Source: Chiloscyllium plagiosum
Lineage: Eukaryota
Assembly: GCF_004010195.1 (NCBI RefSeq)
Contig: NC_057749.1
Span: 16,830,901 to 16,864,321 of the forward strand
Length of the DNA: 33,421 nucleotides
Direction: 5' to 3'
The translations under genes and the position numbers were made by a program. Within the stretch, counting starts at the first letter, position 1. Every line of letters starts with the position of its first letter. Of this stretch, positions 31,320-33,421 are shown one piece after another. Below the pieces are notes generated by a model. The model had not been told where the DNA came from. It saw only the letters and a program-made list of their open reading frames with translations, and did not search any database.

Positions 31320-33421
31320 GGCACGGACTGGAGTGGGCCCAGCAGACTGGCTGGAGTGGGCCCAGCAGCACGGACTGGAGTGGGCCCAGCAGCACAGACT
31401 GGAGTGGGACCAGCAGACTGGCTGGAGTGGGACCAGCAGCACGGACGGGAGTGGGCCCAGCAGCACGGACTGGAGTGGGACCAGCAGCACAGACTGGAGT
31501 GGGACCAGCAGACTGGCTGGAGTGGGACCAGCAGCACGGACTGGAGTGGGACCAGCAGACTGGCTGGAGTGGGCCCAGCAGCACAGACTGGAGTGGGCCC
31601 AGCAGCACAGACTGGAGTGGGACCAACAGCACGGACTGGAGTGGGACCAGCAGACTGGCTGGAGTGGGCCCAGCATCATGGACTGGAGTGGGACCAGCAG
31701 CACAGACTGGAGTGGGACCAGCAGACTGACTGGAGTGGGACCAGCAGCACGGACTGGAGTGGGCCCAGCAGCACGGACTGGAGTGGGACCAGCAGCACTG
31801 ACTGGAGTGGGCCCAGCAGCACAGACTGAAGTGGGCCCGGCAGCACGGACTGAAGTGGGACCAGCAGACTGGCTGAAGTGGGCCCAGCAGCACGGACTGG
31901 AGTGGGCCCAGCAGCACAGACTGGAGTGGGACCAGCAGACTGGCTGAAGTGGGACCAGCAGCACGGACTGGAGTGGGCACAGCAGCACGGTCTGGAATGG
32001 GACCAGCAGCACTGACTGGAGTGGGCCCAGCAGCACAGACTGAAGTGGGCCCGGCAGAACGGACTGGAGTGGGACCAGCAGACTGGCTGGAGTGGGCCCA
32101 GCAGCACGGACTGGAGTGGGCCCAGCAGCACAGACTGGAATGGGACCAGCAGACTGGCTGGAGTGGGACCAGCAGCACGGACTGGAGTGGGCCCAGCAGC
32201 ACGGACTGGAGTGGGACCAGCAGCACAGACTGGAGTGGGACCAGCAGCACAGACTGGAGTGGGAGCAGCTGCACGGACTGGAGTGGGCTCAGCAGCACTG
32301 GCCCAGCAGCACAGACTGGATTAGGCCCAGCAGTACAGACTGGATTAGGCCCAGCAGCACTGGCCCAGCAGCACGGACTGGAGTGGGCCCAGCAGCACAG
32401 ACTGGAGTGGACCCAGCAGCACTGGCCCAGCAGCACGGACTGGATTGGGCCCAACAGCACGGAATGGAGTGGGACCAGCAGCACTGAATGGATTGGACCC
32501 AGCAGCACAGACTGGAGTGGGACCAGCAGCACAGACTGGAGTGGACCCAGCAGCACTGGCCCAGCAGCACGTACTGGATTTGGCCCAGCAGCACGGACTG
32601 GATTGGGCCCAGCAGCACTGACTGGAGTGGGCCCAGCAGCACAGACTGGAGTGGGCCCGGCAGCACAGACAGGAGTGGATCCAGCAGCACGGACTGGAGT
32701 GGACCCAGCAGCACAGACTGGAGTGGGCCCGGCAGCACAGACTGGAGTGGGCCCGGCAGCACAGACAGGAGTGGATCCAGCAGCACGGACTGGAGTGGAC
32801 CCAGCAGCATGGACTGGAGTGGATCCAGCAGCACAGACTGGAGTGGGACCAGCAGCACTGGACCAGCAGCACGGACTGGATTTGGCCCAGCAGCACGGAC
32901 TGGATTGGGCCCAGCACCACGGACTGGATTGGACCCAGCAGCAAGGACTGGAGTGGGACCAGCAGCACAGACTGGGGTAGGCGCAGTTGCACGGACTGGA
33001 GTGGGACCAGCAGCACGGACTGGAGTGGGACCAGCAGCACAGACTGATTCCTGAAGAAGGTCTTATGCCCGAAACGTCGATTCTCCTGCTACTTGGATGC
33101 TGCCTGACCTGCTGCGCTTTTCCAGCAACACATTTTCAGCTCTGATCTCCAGCATCTGCAGACCTCACTTTCTCCTCCCAGCAGCACGGACTGGAGTGGG
33201 CCCAGCAGCACGGACTGGAGTGGGCCCAGCAGCACGGACTGGAGTGGGCCCAGCAGCACGGACTGGAGTGGGCCCAGCAGCACTGACTGGAGTGGGCCCA
33301 GCAGCACGGACTGGAATGGGACCAGCAGCACAGACTGGAGTGGGCCCAGCAGCACTGACTGGAGTGGGCCCAGCAGCACGGACTGGAATGGGACCAGCAG
33401 CACAGACTGGAGTGGGCCCAG
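31320..33421. repeat. 24-bp GC-rich minisatellite (gggcccagcagcacggactggagt)n with 23-bp and shorter variants
   Basis: Directly visible, more than 2 kb, runs off the window end. Source of many overlapping pseudo-ORFs on both strands. Confidence 0.95.
33047..33177 (+). mobile_element. Penelope-like element family A (single arm) inserted in the minisatellite
   Basis: attc-CTGAAGA-A-GGtC-ttat-GcCC-GAAAC-GTC-gat at 33047-33081. The rest matches the family A arm ending ctccagcatctgcagacctcactttctcc. Confidence 0.8.

Noticed and set aside
31151..33403. Many long overlapping ORFs (up to 430 aa) on both strands
   Set aside because: They are translations of a 24-bp minisatellite, open in several frames at once, with frameshifting 23-bp units and no domain content.

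Overview
Eukaryotic, repeat-rich genomic DNA. The SINE/LINE content (HE1-type V-SINEs, CR1/HER1-type LINE tails, DeuSINE-type tails) points to a shark or other elasmobranch (inference). The main feature is most of a minus-strand, multi-exon ADAMTSL5 (THSD6) gene, reconstructed by hand from GT-AG boundaries and compatible phases. It comprises the TSP1 C-half, Cys-rich module, ADAMTS spacer, a lengthened linker and a C-terminal NTR domain (stop at 3431-3433), with a probable polyA signal at 554-559. A signal-peptide-like exon lies at 30425-30497. The start-codon exon and the exon for the N-half of TSP1 were not found. Introns and the inferred 3' UTR contain SINEs, LINE fragments, a probable solo LTR, an interstitial telomeric array and many distinct minisatellites; there are two N gaps. 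The most striking non-coding signal is about 14 short, often palindromic insertions in four sequence families. Most carry 10-16 bp target-site duplications, and the less truncated copies carry a minimal hammerhead-ribozyme-like motif (CTGAnGA-A-stemII-GAAA-CG/GC-TH) whose stems covary between families. This fits non-autonomous Penelope-like retroelement derivatives. Most long ORFs in the supplied track are artefacts of tandem repeats.
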